DNA of 64,000 nt from Phycisphaeraceae bacterium (GCA_963674705.1 OY771506.1:5056001-5120000), one strand, 5' to 3'. Shown: positions 27,096-37,690, counted from the stretch's first letter. Notes: generated by a model not told the origin, from the sequence alone. Numbers and translations: made by a program.

Positions 27096-28334
27096 TCACG
27101 CACCAACGCGTCGTGTCAACAACGCAGCAACACCAATCCCCAACAGCCCCAACATCCCCGGCTCGGGCAACCGTGCGATGAACGCTTCGGTCTCGCCGTT
27201 GGGATTGATACCTGTGCCTACGACGGTCAAACCGTCGGCTGATATCCCGGTCGCTTCGATGAGAGTCCAGCCTGTCAGGTCCAGGCCGAGGTCATTAGTC
27301 AAAACATCATGCAGGAATCGCATCCCCTCATCAGCCGACCAGATATAGGCCCGGTACTTACCTGATTCATTTATATCCGAATCACTCTTTCCAACAACAA
27401 CCGATCCGTCTGCTGAGATTGCGGCCACATAGTTATCAAATGCGAAGTGATAATAAGGATCGTAAATAAAGCCCAAACCAACCATGTCACCCTCTGCTGT
27501 CCAGTAAAAGGATTCACTGGCGGGCCTGCCGTAGTCCTCTGAGCTACTGTTACCAACGACGACCGAACCATCCGCCGACACCGCGATCGCCCCGCTGCCG
27601 GGTACATGTACACTCGAGGGCAGCATGCCAAGTTTGTTAAAGCCTGTCGATGCATCCCAACGATATGCCACGCCGCCATAAGCGTAATTCGGCGTATGAT
27701 TACACCCTCCCACAATGACCGATCCATCTGCTGATACCGCTTGCCCACTGGAGAACCCTTCCTGGTTTGGAATGTTCGGGAATAGAGGATATCCAATATT
27801 GACGATGCCGGTATCAGCCGTCCAGTAAAACGCTCGCTTACCGAATGTGCTGTTGCCTTCCTCATACCCGCTGCCGACAATCACCGAGCCGTCTGCTGAA
27901 ATGCTGTTGGCTGTGCTCCATTCATAACCGCCGGGTATGTCACCCAGCCCGACCATGCCATCATTCAAGGTCCAGACAAAAGCTTCGCCTTCAGAATTAG
28001 CGATCGATCCACGTGATCCTTGACCCACGATCACCGAACCATCCGCAGAGACATCGTTCGCTACGCTGTTAAACGGCCCGCCGGGCAGGTCGCCCAAGCC
28101 GATCATGCCTTGCGACAGCGACCAGTAAAACGCTTCGGTCCCCGAAGCGGATTCGGATGAACCAACCACAACAAGACCGTTATCAGATACAGCCGTCGCG
28201 GCGCTATTGAATACACCACCCGATAGATCACCCAGCCCATGGAACGAAGCGGCCGCGCCGAATGTGTCAGTACCCAGGCCCGTGCAAACAGATGCGCTGA
28301 CCATAAAACAAATAAGTGAATGTTTAAACCGCAT
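27096..28334 (-). CDS. PEP-CTERM protein with HAF-type extracellular repeats
   Basis: Repeated GLGDLPGG..S.A..VSADGSVIVG..AFxW; LPEPG..RR; RBS before ATG 28334. Confidence 0.9.
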   Translation of the reverse strand: MRFKHSLICFMVSASVCTGLGTDTFGAAASFHGLGDLSGGVFNSAATAVSDNGLVVVGSSESASGTEAFYWSLSQGMIGLGDLPGGPFNSVANDVSADGSVIVGQGSRGSIANSEGEAFVWTLNDGMVGLGDIPGGYEWSTANSISADGSVIVGSGYEEGNSTFGKRAFYWTADTGIVNIGYPLFPNIPNQEGFSSGQAVSADGSVIVGGCNHTPNYAYGGVAYRWDASTGFNKLGMLPSSVHVPGSGAIAVSADGSVVVGNSSSEDYGRPASESFYWTAEGDMVGLGFIYDPYYHFAFDNYVAAISADGSVVVGKSDSDINESGKYRAYIWSADEGMRFLHDVLTNDLGLDLTGWTLIEATGISADGLTVVGTGINPNGETEAFIARLPEPGMLGLLGIGVAALLTRRVGA

Positions 28335-28382
28335 GAATCTTCCCCTCTTGAATGGATCAGGATCGATCAATCGTACGAATAA

Positions 28383-29531
28383 TCACAACAACGAGCCACG
28401 AACTCGCCGCTTAAATAACGCCAAGACACCGGCGCCTGATATCAACATCATCCCGGGCTCGGGGATGACAGCGATAAACGCTTCTCCATTGCCATCAGGA
28501 TTGGTCCCACTGCCGACGATGGTCAGCCCGTCATCCGAAACACTATAAGCCGTGTAAAGTTCCCAGCCGGTCAGGTCCAGGCCGAGATTTGTCAGGATAT
28601 CCTGCAGGTAGCGCGCACCGTGCACCTCATCCCAGATAGCTGCCCGAGGCGGGCCATCCACAAAACTATCGCCCACGATAACTGAACCATCAGCCGACAC
28701 ATCAAACGCACGCGAGAATTCAATCGCACTACCCGGTGAGTGTAATCCCACGTAACCCAGGCTATCGGTCCAGCGGAACGGATAAAAGCCGGAGTAATCC
28801 GTGTAGTACCCCACGATGGTGGAACCATCTGCGGATAGACCGGTTATCAATGAAGCGAAGTACAGGTTCACCATGCCTGTATCTTCAGTCCAGCGGAAAC
28901 CTGCATAATACTCGTAGTGTTCATCGGGATCAGAATACGATGACCCGCCGACGATGACCGATCCATCCGCAGAAATGCCGTATGGATAGCTATTAAATTC
29001 ACCCCCCGGCAAGTCACCCAAACCGACCATCCCGTCGGCTTCCGTATACCGGAACGCTTCGGTCCCCAACGCAGACTTTCTGGACCCGACAAGCGTCAGC
29101 CCGTCATCCGACATCGCTCGGATAGCGACCTCATACTCACCGCCGCCCAGATCGAGCTCTACCATGCCCGTACCGGCTGTCCATCGAAAAGGCACTGCGC
29201 CAGATTCCGTGTTGGCCCAGCCGATGATCACCGAGCCATCACCGGAAACCGCACTGGCGCCGCTGTCAAAATCGCCCCCAGCCAGATCACCCAGCCCCAC
29301 CAAGCCACCTTCCAGCGTCCAGTAAAAAGCTTCACGGCCCGACGCGGAGGTGCTTGTACCTACAACAAAACGCCCATCCGCCGAAAGACCCCTGACATAA
29401 CTATCAAACTCCCCGCCCGGTAGATCACCAAGACCCTGAAAGTAAGCCGTCGTTCCGAAGACTTCAGTACTAAGGCCTGCAGAAATAAATACGAACATCA
29501 CGAGCCGGAGAATAGTAAGCTTGCGCCACAT
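28383..29531 (-). CDS. PEP-CTERM protein with HAF-type repeats (tandem paralog)
   Basis: Same repeats and LGLDLTGW...NPDGNGEAFIAVIPEPG tail. Confidence 0.9.
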   Translation of the reverse strand: MWRKLTILRLVMFVFISAGLSTEVFGTTAYFQGLGDLPGGEFDSYVRGLSADGRFVVGTSTSASGREAFYWTLEGGLVGLGDLAGGDFDSGASAVSGDGSVIIGWANTESGAVPFRWTAGTGMVELDLGGGEYEVAIRAMSDDGLTLVGSRKSALGTEAFRYTEADGMVGLGDLPGGEFNSYPYGISADGSVIVGGSSYSDPDEHYEYYAGFRWTEDTGMVNLYFASLITGLSADGSTIVGYYTDYSGFYPFRWTDSLGYVGLHSPGSAIEFSRAFDVSADGSVIVGDSFVDGPPRAAIWDEVHGARYLQDILTNLGLDLTGWELYTAYSVSDDGLTIVGSGTNPDGNGEAFIAVIPEPGMMLISGAGVLALFKRRVRGSLL

Positions 29532-29719
29532 AGTGAAGAACCCCTCGGTAACCAATGCAGGTTATGTAAGCATGATGAATATCAGCAGTTGCTTTACGAA
29601 CACCTGGATAAAAATCCCTCGAAACAGTCGAATTGGCTGGCCAATATAAACCGCAGCAGAACCTATATGGTAATGGGTCCGCCACGTATATTCAATACTA
29701 ACCCATGTAAAGAAAAAGT

Positions 29720-30048
29720 TTAGCCACCGATGAACACGGATAAACACGGATAAGAATCAGAAGAGCAGGAAGTGTCCGCAAATCACAAGGATTACACAGA
29801 TTTTTATGACGGAAAAGTATGTGCAAGTCGGGTTTACCCCCTCTCCCCGTGGGAGAGGGCCGGGGTGAGGGCCGGATTGAATAAATGCACGAATGACGAC
29901 TTTACGAATGACGAAAGAATGTCGAATTTCAAATGAAGAATGACAAAGTTGAATCATTGAGCATTCGTCATTTGAACATTCATTCGACATTCGACATTCG
30001 ACATTCGTGCATTCGACATTATTTACGATCCGTGTTCATCCGTGGCTA
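29720..30048. repeat. Composite nested repeat cluster C-D-E'-F/F'-C'
   Basis: C 29720-29751, D-like 29770-29803, E' 29833-29880, heptamer-rich F 29884-29945 and F' 29962-30020, C' 30028-30048. Confidence 0.85.
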
Positions 30049-31256
30049 CTTCTTTCCCCCTCCGCCGCTTTCGCTTCGCCTTCCGGTTTTTCGAGTTGCG
30101 GATGCAGGTGGATGTCGCCTTTGAGCATCATTACCGCCCCGATCAGGGCGTAGATGATCAGGTACACGCGGATCATCACCAACATACTCACGAGCTGGTT
30201 GGCATCCGCTAATTGTGATGGCAAAAGCATCGCGACCGCCAACGCTTCCATCACGCCCAAACCCTGATACGTCAGCGGCACGCTGCCTGCAAGGAACAGC
30301 ACCGGCAACACGGTCAACATCAATCCCGCGGACAATCCCATCCCCAGCGACCAGCCGGCGCACGTGGTCGCCATCGACTGAGCGATGTGGACCGGCAGAC
30401 TGATCAGGATCGTGATAAGGATCACTTTCTTATGATCGCGATACGTGGCGGCGGCATCATCAAGACGCACGAGAATATTGCCCGGCCCCATGCGGTCGAT
30501 CAGCTTCTGCAAGCCGATCTTGTTGCGCACGCGGCGGGCAAAGTAGAGATACGCCACCACAAAGAACGAGAAGAACCCTAACCAGATCAGGACGGTCACG
30601 GTCAGGACCAGCTTGCGTAGATCGTCATCGAGTTCGCCGCGCAGCAGCATGACCAATCCCGCGATGCCGGCCAGCATCACCAGCCCGAGCAATCCTGCCG
30701 CACGGTCGAAGATAACGCTCATCACCGCGATGCCGCGCTGCCCGCTGCCCTTGGCTGCGTAGTAGGCCTTGACGACGTCGCCCCCGGTCATACCGGGCAT
30801 GCAGAAGTTGAAGAACTGGCCGACCATCGTCAGGCGGAACGCACGCGCATACGACACGCGCATCCCCCGGCAGCGCATCAGTAACCACCACCGCAATGCC
30901 TGGATCGGGAAGATCGGCAGGATCAACGCCAGGCCAAGCAGCAATAGCCACCAGTTGGCCCCATGCATAAGCGAAATAATGCCGGGCTTGTGCCGGGGTT
31001 TGTCAGCCGTGACCGTGTCCACGGGTACGTAAACCGTGAAGGTCTTACCCGTCTCGGGCCATTGCAAAACGTATTGCTCGCCCGGCTCCACCGCCTTGAC
31101 CGGCAAAACGACTTCCTGCTCAAGTACCTTGCCATCTTCCAGCGTGTAGCCGGCAGGCAGCAGGACCTGATCGCTCCAGGACAGCGTCCAGACGATATAC
31201 CCGATACCGAGTGCGGCGAGGATGAGTCGTAATGTGATCGAGACGAATTTTTTCAT
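30036..31256 (-). CDS. Lysylphosphatidylglycerol synthase TM-domain/flippase-like protein (UPF0104-type)
   Basis: ALRWWLL, GQFFNFCMPGMTGGDVVKAYY, SVIFDR, PLTYQGLGVME. Confidence 0.88.
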   Translation of the reverse strand: MKKFVSITLRLILAALGIGYIVWTLSWSDQVLLPAGYTLEDGKVLEQEVVLPVKAVEPGEQYVLQWPETGKTFTVYVPVDTVTADKPRHKPGIISLMHGANWWLLLLGLALILPIFPIQALRWWLLMRCRGMRVSYARAFRLTMVGQFFNFCMPGMTGGDVVKAYYAAKGSGQRGIAVMSVIFDRAAGLLGLVMLAGIAGLVMLLRGELDDDLRKLVLTVTVLIWLGFFSFFVVAYLYFARRVRNKIGLQKLIDRMGPGNILVRLDDAAATYRDHKKVILITILISLPVHIAQSMATTCAGWSLGMGLSAGLMLTVLPVLFLAGSVPLTYQGLGVMEALAVAMLLPSQLADANQLVSMLVMIRVYLIIYALIGAVMMLKGDIHLHPQLEKPEGEAKAAEGERSSHG

Positions 31257-31270
31257 GGACTGGTTGTTAG

Positions 31271-31301
31271 AGCCTTTAGCCTTTAGCCATTAGCCGTTAG
31301 C
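31271..31301. repeat. Heptamer tandem repeat (AGCCNTT x4)
   Basis: AGCCTTT AGCCTTT AGCCATT AGCCGTT AGC. Confidence 0.75.
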
Positions 31302-31439
31302 ACAGAGTTTAGACCACTGGCTCTTCTCGTGAAACCGGGCACCAAGCCACCATGCGCGGTCACGTTAGCGTATATCGGCAAAGCCCGCGACGCGACACCA
31401 CTGCTCACACAACAGACCAATATGGGCTATGCTAGGTGG

Positions 31440-32018
31440 ATGTCGACTTTCGATCCTAATCTGGAACCGCCCGGCGACTGGCAGGCGCCCTACGGCCAGC
31501 CGACCCCGCAAGGCACAAACCCAAACGGGCCGGCCGCCGCTGTATGGGTATGGGTCTGCGGCGCGGTGCAAATGCTGATGTCCGGCTGTTGTGCTTTGTC
31601 AGGCATGGTCATGATGGTGGTCGACCCCGCAGAGATCACCAAAACACTACCGCCTGACATGCCGAACCGGGACGAGTTCGTCCAGATGATTCCGATGCTG
31701 GGCCCTACCATACTTGTCGGCAGCCTGGCCCTGCTGTTTGTGCCCGCATTGATCCTGTGCATCCTCGCGTTCTGGGTACGCAGAGGCGGCAAAGCGTCCA
31801 CGATCACGTGTATCGTGATCCTGGGTATTCAAAGCATGGGTGTGGCGCTGATGCTGCTGCAATATCTCTATGCACTGTTCGTGCTTCAAGCCGTCGCGAT
31901 GATCATCATGGTCGTCATACTCGGCTTGATACTCGCATTGTTCGTTAAGACAATTTTTGAATTGATCGCGGTATTGCGTTCAGCATCAAACTCACAGGAT
32001 TACTCCAACGGCTGGTGA
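31440..32018 (+). CDS. Hypothetical membrane protein (four TM helices)
   Basis: Pro-rich head followed by four hydrophobic helices; ATG 31440 inferred. Confidence 0.75.
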   Translation: MSTFDPNLEPPGDWQAPYGQPTPQGTNPNGPAAAVWVWVCGAVQMLMSGCCALSGMVMMVVDPAEITKTLPPDMPNRDEFVQMIPMLGPTILVGSLALLFVPALILCILAFWVRRGGKASTITCIVILGIQSMGVALMLLQYLYALFVLQAVAMIIMVVILGLILALFVKTIFELIAVLRSASNSQDYSNGW

Positions 32019-33041
32019 TCAAGGCTTAACCTCGAACACACCCGCTTCGCCCAGTTCCTGCTTGAAGTCGCCTTCCCGCAGCCAGTGGCGGTCCTGCTCG
32101 CTGTCCATCAGGTAAGCGTTCCAGAATGCGAGCCCGGATTCTTTGATGTGTTTCTGGAAGAGCGCATCGTCGCCGCCGGGGCCCCGATTCCAGGCTCGAC
32201 GGGTTCTGCCTGAAAAAACCATGTGATCGCCGTTGGTGAAGGTAACAAGGTAGCTGTCAGGCCCACCCTCGGCTGAAGTCGGCATGTGGTCAAAAGCGAC
32301 GCGCCGGTCGGCCGCTTTCGTTTCCGGCGTAATCATCGATGTGTCATGCGTCCCGGTCATGAAGTACATCGGGATCTTGATCTGACTATAGCTCTCGTCG
32401 TAATACTCGGGGCGCTTGGGCGCCTGCGCGCTCATGACGATGGCGGCCTTGATCCGCTCGTCACCGACCGAGCGTGACTTCCCATCGCGGCCGACATACG
32501 CCTGCCCGGCAACAGCCATCGTCGTGAACGCCCCGTAAGAATGCCCCGCCATCCCGATCCGATCCAGATCAAGTTTGTTGTGCCAAAGGCTCGTGTCATC
32601 GGCGTTGAGCTGTTCGAGTTTGTCAATCACAAAAAACACATCCAGTGGGCGGTTCATACTGTTACTCACATCCTTGGTCGCATCGCGCAAGGCTTGCAGG
32701 CGTTCTTGCCGTGACACATCACGCCAGACGGATTCGTCGCTGCCGATGTGTTGCAGATGGATGCAGATGTAGCCGTGCGACGCCCAGTATTCACCGAGAT
32801 ACGCATAGCCCTCGCGCGATCCGCCAAGCCCGTGCGAAAACAGAATCACCGGCCGGGGCTCGGACGCATCCACCGGCATGTACGCTTTGATCGGCACCAC
32901 GCGATCGTCACGGGCGGCGTCGACCCACTCTTCGGTATGGGATTCAACCTTGTAAGTCGTGCCCGGTGTTTGGGCCCATATCGATGCAACAGCGGACAGA
33001 AAAATCCACAGTACCGCCGCCAACGGAAAGAATCGACGCAT
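32019..33041 (-). CDS. Secreted alpha/beta hydrolase (predicted dienelactone hydrolase-like)
   Basis: FSHGLGGS, GHSYG nucleophile elbow, TGTHD, DHMVFS; signal peptide. Confidence 0.88.
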   Translation of the reverse strand: MRRFFPLAAVLWIFLSAVASIWAQTPGTTYKVESHTEEWVDAARDDRVVPIKAYMPVDASEPRPVILFSHGLGGSREGYAYLGEYWASHGYICIHLQHIGSDESVWRDVSRQERLQALRDATKDVSNSMNRPLDVFFVIDKLEQLNADDTSLWHNKLDLDRIGMAGHSYGAFTTMAVAGQAYVGRDGKSRSVGDERIKAAIVMSAQAPKRPEYYDESYSQIKIPMYFMTGTHDTSMITPETKAADRRVAFDHMPTSAEGGPDSYLVTFTNGDHMVFSGRTRRAWNRGPGGDDALFQKHIKESGLAFWNAYLMDSEQDRHWLREGDFKQELGEAGVFEVKP

Positions 33042-33121
33042 GTTCCGGCTCCTGGCTGCTCTGTTATCTGATGCGCACTATAATCGTCCAAACTCATTCC
33101 TGACTACGAAGGGGACAACGT

Positions 33122-34288
33122 ATGCGTTACCAATTCATTGCGTTTTTTTGTGCTGTTGTTTTTGTGTTAGCACCGGTGCAGCGGGTTTACGCGATCGATG
33201 CCGACCATGAGGCCAAGGCCAAAGCCGCCATCGAACGCGGCGTCGCCTATCTCAAAAGCACGCAGGGCGAAGACGGCAGCTGGACCCCCGAGCCCGGCCC
33301 GGCGATCACCGCCATGGCCGTCACAGCCATGATCGATTCCGGACTCGTCCCCGCCGACGACCCGCAGATCGAAAAAGCCCTTGACTACATCCTCTCGTTC
33401 ATCCAGGAAGACGGCGGCATCCACGCAGGCTTCCTCGGCAACTACAACACCGCCATCTGCCTCAGCGCGCTGGACCTGGTGCGCGATCGGCCCGGCATGG
33501 AAGAAACGATCAAGAACGCTCAGAACTACCTGCGCGGCCTGCAATGGGACGGTCAGGAAGACCCGACCGGTAAGGTTGTCGACGAATCGCACCCCTTCTA
33601 CGGCGGCGCAGGCTACGGCAAGCACGGCCGACCTGATATGTCCAACACGCAGATGATGCTGCAGGGGCTTTACGATTCCGGACTCGACTGTAAAGACCCC
33701 GCCTTCGTCCGCGCCGTTGTCTTCATCAGCCGATGCCAGGGTGTTGAAACCAACGATCTGTTCGCCGACGTGATCGAAAAGGATGGCGGGTTCATCTACT
33801 CAACCACCATCAACAAAGACCTCATCGGTGTGCCCGAATCCAAAGCCAATCCTGAAATGATGGATGAAGCCAAGCAAGGCAAACCCGTTTCGGGTCTGCG
33901 GACGTACGGCTCGATGACCTACGCAGGATTCAAGAGCTATCTCTACGCACAACTCGACCGCAACGACCCGCGCGTCGAAGCCGCACTGACATGGATCGGC
34001 AACAACTACACACTCGACCGCAACCCCGGCCTGCCCGATGCCGTCAAACTGCAAGGACTCTATTACTACTACATGACCTTCGCCCGTGCCTTTGACGCCT
34101 TCGGCGAAACCACCCTCCAAACAGCGGATGGCAAACAGCACGACTGGGCAAACGACCTCATCGACGCAATCGCTTCACGCCAGAATGAAGACGGCTCATG
34201 GACAAACGATGCCGACCGCTGGATGGAAGGCGACCCCAACCTCGTGACCTGTTACTCCCTGATCGCGCTGGAAGCGGCTATTGAGTAG
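33122..34288 (+). CDS. Secreted prenyltransferase/squalene oxidase-repeat (alpha/alpha barrel) protein
   Basis: QW-like motifs YLKSTQGEDGSW and RQNEDGSW; DMSNTQ; signal peptide. Confidence 0.82.
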   Translation: MRYQFIAFFCAVVFVLAPVQRVYAIDADHEAKAKAAIERGVAYLKSTQGEDGSWTPEPGPAITAMAVTAMIDSGLVPADDPQIEKALDYILSFIQEDGGIHAGFLGNYNTAICLSALDLVRDRPGMEETIKNAQNYLRGLQWDGQEDPTGKVVDESHPFYGGAGYGKHGRPDMSNTQMMLQGLYDSGLDCKDPAFVRAVVFISRCQGVETNDLFADVIEKDGGFIYSTTINKDLIGVPESKANPEMMDEAKQGKPVSGLRTYGSMTYAGFKSYLYAQLDRNDPRVEAALTWIGNNYTLDRNPGLPDAVKLQGLYYYYMTFARAFDAFGETTLQTADGKQHDWANDLIDAIASRQNEDGSWTNDADRWMEGDPNLVTCYSLIALEAAIE

Positions 34289-34293
34289 TCATT

Positions 34294-34474
34294 GTTAGCC
34301 GCAAATAAACGCAAATAGACGCGAATGATGCGAAGTATGCACTCACAATGCACACCTTGTCGCTAAACGATCAAGATTCAATACCCCACACAAAAAGAGT
34401 TACCCTCCCCCTTAGCCGCAAGCCGCCGGCTTGCGCGCCAACACACCGACCCATCAGCGTTCATTCGCAGCTAA
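34294..34474. repeat. Family B doublet enclosing a family G arm
   Basis: B 34294-34326, G 34413-34438, degenerate B' 34457-34474. Confidence 0.75.
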
Positions 34475-34479
34475 TTCTC

Positions 34480-36405
34480 TTACTCAGACTCAGCGTTATC
34501 TTCACCTTCATCCTCATCAGGCTTCGGCGCTTTGCTCACCACCACCGTCCGGCCGATGAGGTCGCCTAGACGTTGATGTGTCGGTGAGAGCATGGGCAGG
34601 ACGAGCAAGGGTAAAGCGCCCATAACCAGGTCCAGTGATTTGAGCAGGCCGCGCGTCAATATCTGCCAGATGCGGGGACGCTCGCCTCGCAGGTTGGTCG
34701 TGCGCAGACCTGTCAGTGCTTTACCCAGTGTGCGTGCGAAGATGAGTTCGCTGATCGTCGTGTGCGCCACAAACGTGAGGATGACAACCACGCCCGGCAT
34801 GACCTGCTCCAGCGTGTGGGCGATCCCGTTACCCGGCCAATGCATGAACAATTCGTCCATCGACATGCCGAAGTAGAACATGGACCCAATGAATCCCGGC
34901 AGGATGTCGATCGTCGCGGCCACCGCACGCTTACCCAGATCGGCAACCACAAGGTCCTCCGGCAACTCCAGCCTGTTCCACGACGCATCGCGACGCCAGA
35001 ATGCCAGCATCAACAATGTCACCAAGACCGCCATGAACGCGATCATGAAGTATTCCTTCACAGCGTCCATCTTGCTCGGAACGGCGGCCGCCAGCGGGGA
35101 CGGCTCAAGCAGAACCTGGCCACGCACATCCATCCGCGTCCACAGGCAATCCCACTTCGTCGTCAAATCTTCGTCTGTCTGCTCGGTGGGAGCCCGTGCG
35201 ATCAGCGATGCGGCTGTGGATGTACCGAGGATCGCCCAATCCTCGGCAGAAACATCGGTCAATTGCATCTGACCGACCTCGATACGTTTATCACCCCGCA
35301 ATACCGACAGGTTTGATGCCAGTTGGCCGGCTTCAAAATGTGTAAGCGCCACGACAAGCTGCCCCTCGACCGCCAGAACAGTCGGGCTGCCGACTCGATC
35401 AGACTGTTCGACCGAATACGCTTGCATCACCCAGCCGGGTTTTTCATCCTCGCCAGCCTGTTGGCGATACACCTCAATATCAAGCGTCTTGGATGCGCCC
35501 TGGCTGATGTGACGCGCAGCGAGTGTAGGCACCGTGTCATTGGCCGCCTCTGCGATTAACCACGCACGCGCACCGTGGGGCCAATCCTCCGGCAACGCAT
35601 GACGCACCCACTTGCCTTGCTTCAGATGCAGCAACCGATCGACAGGCAATGCCGGCGTAACGCTTTTATCCGATTCGTCTTGCTCGGTTTCGGTCGGCTT
35701 TCCCAAACCGGTTGAGTCTTTGGATCCTGGTTTTCCCGAATCTTCGGCCTTAGTTGGCTCTTTCGGGGGTACATTCAAACCATAATTCGGCGGCAGACCG
35801 ATAGCCATGTTTTTCCGCCGAAGGATAATCAGTTCATCTTCGGTCAGTTCAGTAACCTTGACAGGTTTTTCTGATCCGTCGAGCTTTTCGAGCACCTCGC
35901 GTTCATTCACTCGCACCAACGCCCACAGGCCGGACGCGGTCATAGCCGAGCCGCGCACAGCAACACCATGCGGCAAACTCGGCTCGATCCGATAGTCGTA
36001 ATACCAGCCGTCCTGAAGTTCATTAGGCTTGGCATGGATCGACTGGACCTGCCCGTTTGGATGAATGATCCAAAGCGAGTGATTCCGCGCTGAAACACCA
36101 TTAGGCTTGATGTTGCCCGAAAGAACAGGCACCCGGTGCATCACGCCAGGCGTATCGTTGTTCGCCCGGTGAAGCACCACGGTGCTATCCGGGGTATCCG
36201 GCTCGGGTACCAGAATCCAAAGCCCTTGATCGTCCCCCGCAGCGACCAGCGCCTGTGGATAGACGGTTTGCGCAAACAGCGCAATGATGAGCAATGACAG
36301 CAGTAAACGCCATAGCCCGGCAATTCGGTTTGGTTGGATCGTTCTCAAGGCGTCTAAGGTTAGTTGATTGGACGATACCGGCCAACCTCGCGGGGCTGGT
36401 GGCAT
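34480..36405 (-). CDS. RDD-family membrane protein with a large N-terminal extracytoplasmic domain
   Basis: KRAVAATIDI, TLGKALTGLR, QRLGDLIGRTVVV; start uncertain. Confidence 0.85.
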   Translation of the reverse strand: MPPAPRGWPVSSNQLTLDALRTIQPNRIAGLWRLLLSLLIIALFAQTVYPQALVAAGDDQGLWILVPEPDTPDSTVVLHRANNDTPGVMHRVPVLSGNIKPNGVSARNHSLWIIHPNGQVQSIHAKPNELQDGWYYDYRIEPSLPHGVAVRGSAMTASGLWALVRVNEREVLEKLDGSEKPVKVTELTEDELIILRRKNMAIGLPPNYGLNVPPKEPTKAEDSGKPGSKDSTGLGKPTETEQDESDKSVTPALPVDRLLHLKQGKWVRHALPEDWPHGARAWLIAEAANDTVPTLAARHISQGASKTLDIEVYRQQAGEDEKPGWVMQAYSVEQSDRVGSPTVLAVEGQLVVALTHFEAGQLASNLSVLRGDKRIEVGQMQLTDVSAEDWAILGTSTAASLIARAPTEQTDEDLTTKWDCLWTRMDVRGQVLLEPSPLAAAVPSKMDAVKEYFMIAFMAVLVTLLMLAFWRRDASWNRLELPEDLVVADLGKRAVAATIDILPGFIGSMFYFGMSMDELFMHWPGNGIAHTLEQVMPGVVVILTFVAHTTISELIFARTLGKALTGLRTTNLRGERPRIWQILTRGLLKSLDLVMGALPLLVLPMLSPTHQRLGDLIGRTVVVSKAPKPDEDEGEDNAESE

Positions 36406-36435
36406 GGTTTACGGCAGTTCGTGTACGATGTTTGC

Positions 36436-37386
36436 ATGCTCAAGTACCGTCTGATTTTTGGCCCCATCATGATCGTGGGGCTCCTCGGCATTGTTGTGCT
36501 CGATAGTGTGCTGGACAAGCTCGACCTGACCGATACCCCGCTGCAAACACTGTTTCTCGGCCGAACCTACCCCCCGTCAGGCATGTTGATGTTAGCCCTC
36601 TGCGCGGTGCTGGTCGTCCTCGGCGCCAGGGAACTGTGCCACATTTTCCGTGCCAAGGGCGTGGTGATTGACACACCCGTCATCATGCTCAGCGGTTTGC
36701 TGGGCTTAATCCTTTTCTACTCGATCCCCCATGGCCTGGAAACCCAGACCGCCATCGCGATCTACGGCTCAGCCATGAGCGGCCTGTTCCTCACCACCCT
36801 CGTTATCCACACCCGCGCCGAACGCACCGAAGGAGCCATCCACGCCGCCGCCGCCGGGATGTTCACCTTCGTCTACCTCGGCGTCCTGCCCGGTTATCTC
36901 ATGGCCATCCGCTCCTGGCACTCCGCATGGACGCTCATCGCCATCGTCGCCATCATCAAGGCCTGCGACATCGGCGCGTACTTCACCGGCTTGGCCATCG
37001 GCAAACACAAGCTCATCTACTGGCTCAGCCCCGGCAAGACCTGGGAGGGCCTCATCGGCGGAATGGTACTGTCCGCGGTGCTCGCAACCACACTGGCGGC
37101 GATCGGTAATCATTATCAGGTAACAGGTTACTGGTCTCGCGGCGAGACGGGAAGGATATTCCACCAAGTGCCCTACCCCTTGGCATATGTGGCGTTTGCC
37201 GGCCTGCTGCTGGGCTTGATCGGGCAATTCGGCGACCTCGTCGCCAGCCTCTTCAAACGCGATGCCGGCATCAAGGACTCTGGGCGGGTCATCCCGGGCT
37301 TCGGCGGTGTACTCGACGTCATCGACTCCCCCATTGTCGTAGCCCCATTCGCCTACTGGATGCTGATGCTGGCACGGTACCTGTAA
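36436..37386 (+). CDS. cdsA: Phosphatidate cytidylyltransferase
   Basis: DIGAYFTG, SPGKTWEG, GDLVASLFKRDAGIKDSG..IPGFGGVLD. Confidence 0.93.
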   Translation: MLKYRLIFGPIMIVGLLGIVVLDSVLDKLDLTDTPLQTLFLGRTYPPSGMLMLALCAVLVVLGARELCHIFRAKGVVIDTPVIMLSGLLGLILFYSIPHGLETQTAIAIYGSAMSGLFLTTLVIHTRAERTEGAIHAAAAGMFTFVYLGVLPGYLMAIRSWHSAWTLIAIVAIIKACDIGAYFTGLAIGKHKLIYWLSPGKTWEGLIGGMVLSAVLATTLAAIGNHYQVTGYWSRGETGRIFHQVPYPLAYVAFAGLLLGLIGQFGDLVASLFKRDAGIKDSGRVIPGFGGVLDVIDSPIVVAPFAYWMLMLARYL

Positions 37387-37690
37387 CCAACTCCCGGATT
37401 CCACCTTAGACCCGCTTCAACCAGCTTCCGGCCCACTAAGAACGCTCTGATCTTCTGTGAAATGCACATAAATCCATGATTTGACGATATCTGTTCTTGA
37501 TGATCGGGCTTAAGAGCGATAATCTGTACAGGTTAATAGATAGGCCGAAATCGACCGGGGTGTGGTGATTGCGCCCATACCTGACCGATTATCAGGGGAG
37601 CGGTTCCCCTTAATTGGCCCTTATGACACCCGGCCCGGCATCCGCGCCGCGCCGACCCGATTGTTTTCACTACTTCGAAAGGTCCATCCC

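Noticed and set aside
29562..30124. Short ORFs 29562-29747, 29757-29990 and 29933-30124
   Set aside because: Translations are by-products of the repeat cluster; there is no RBS or family motif.
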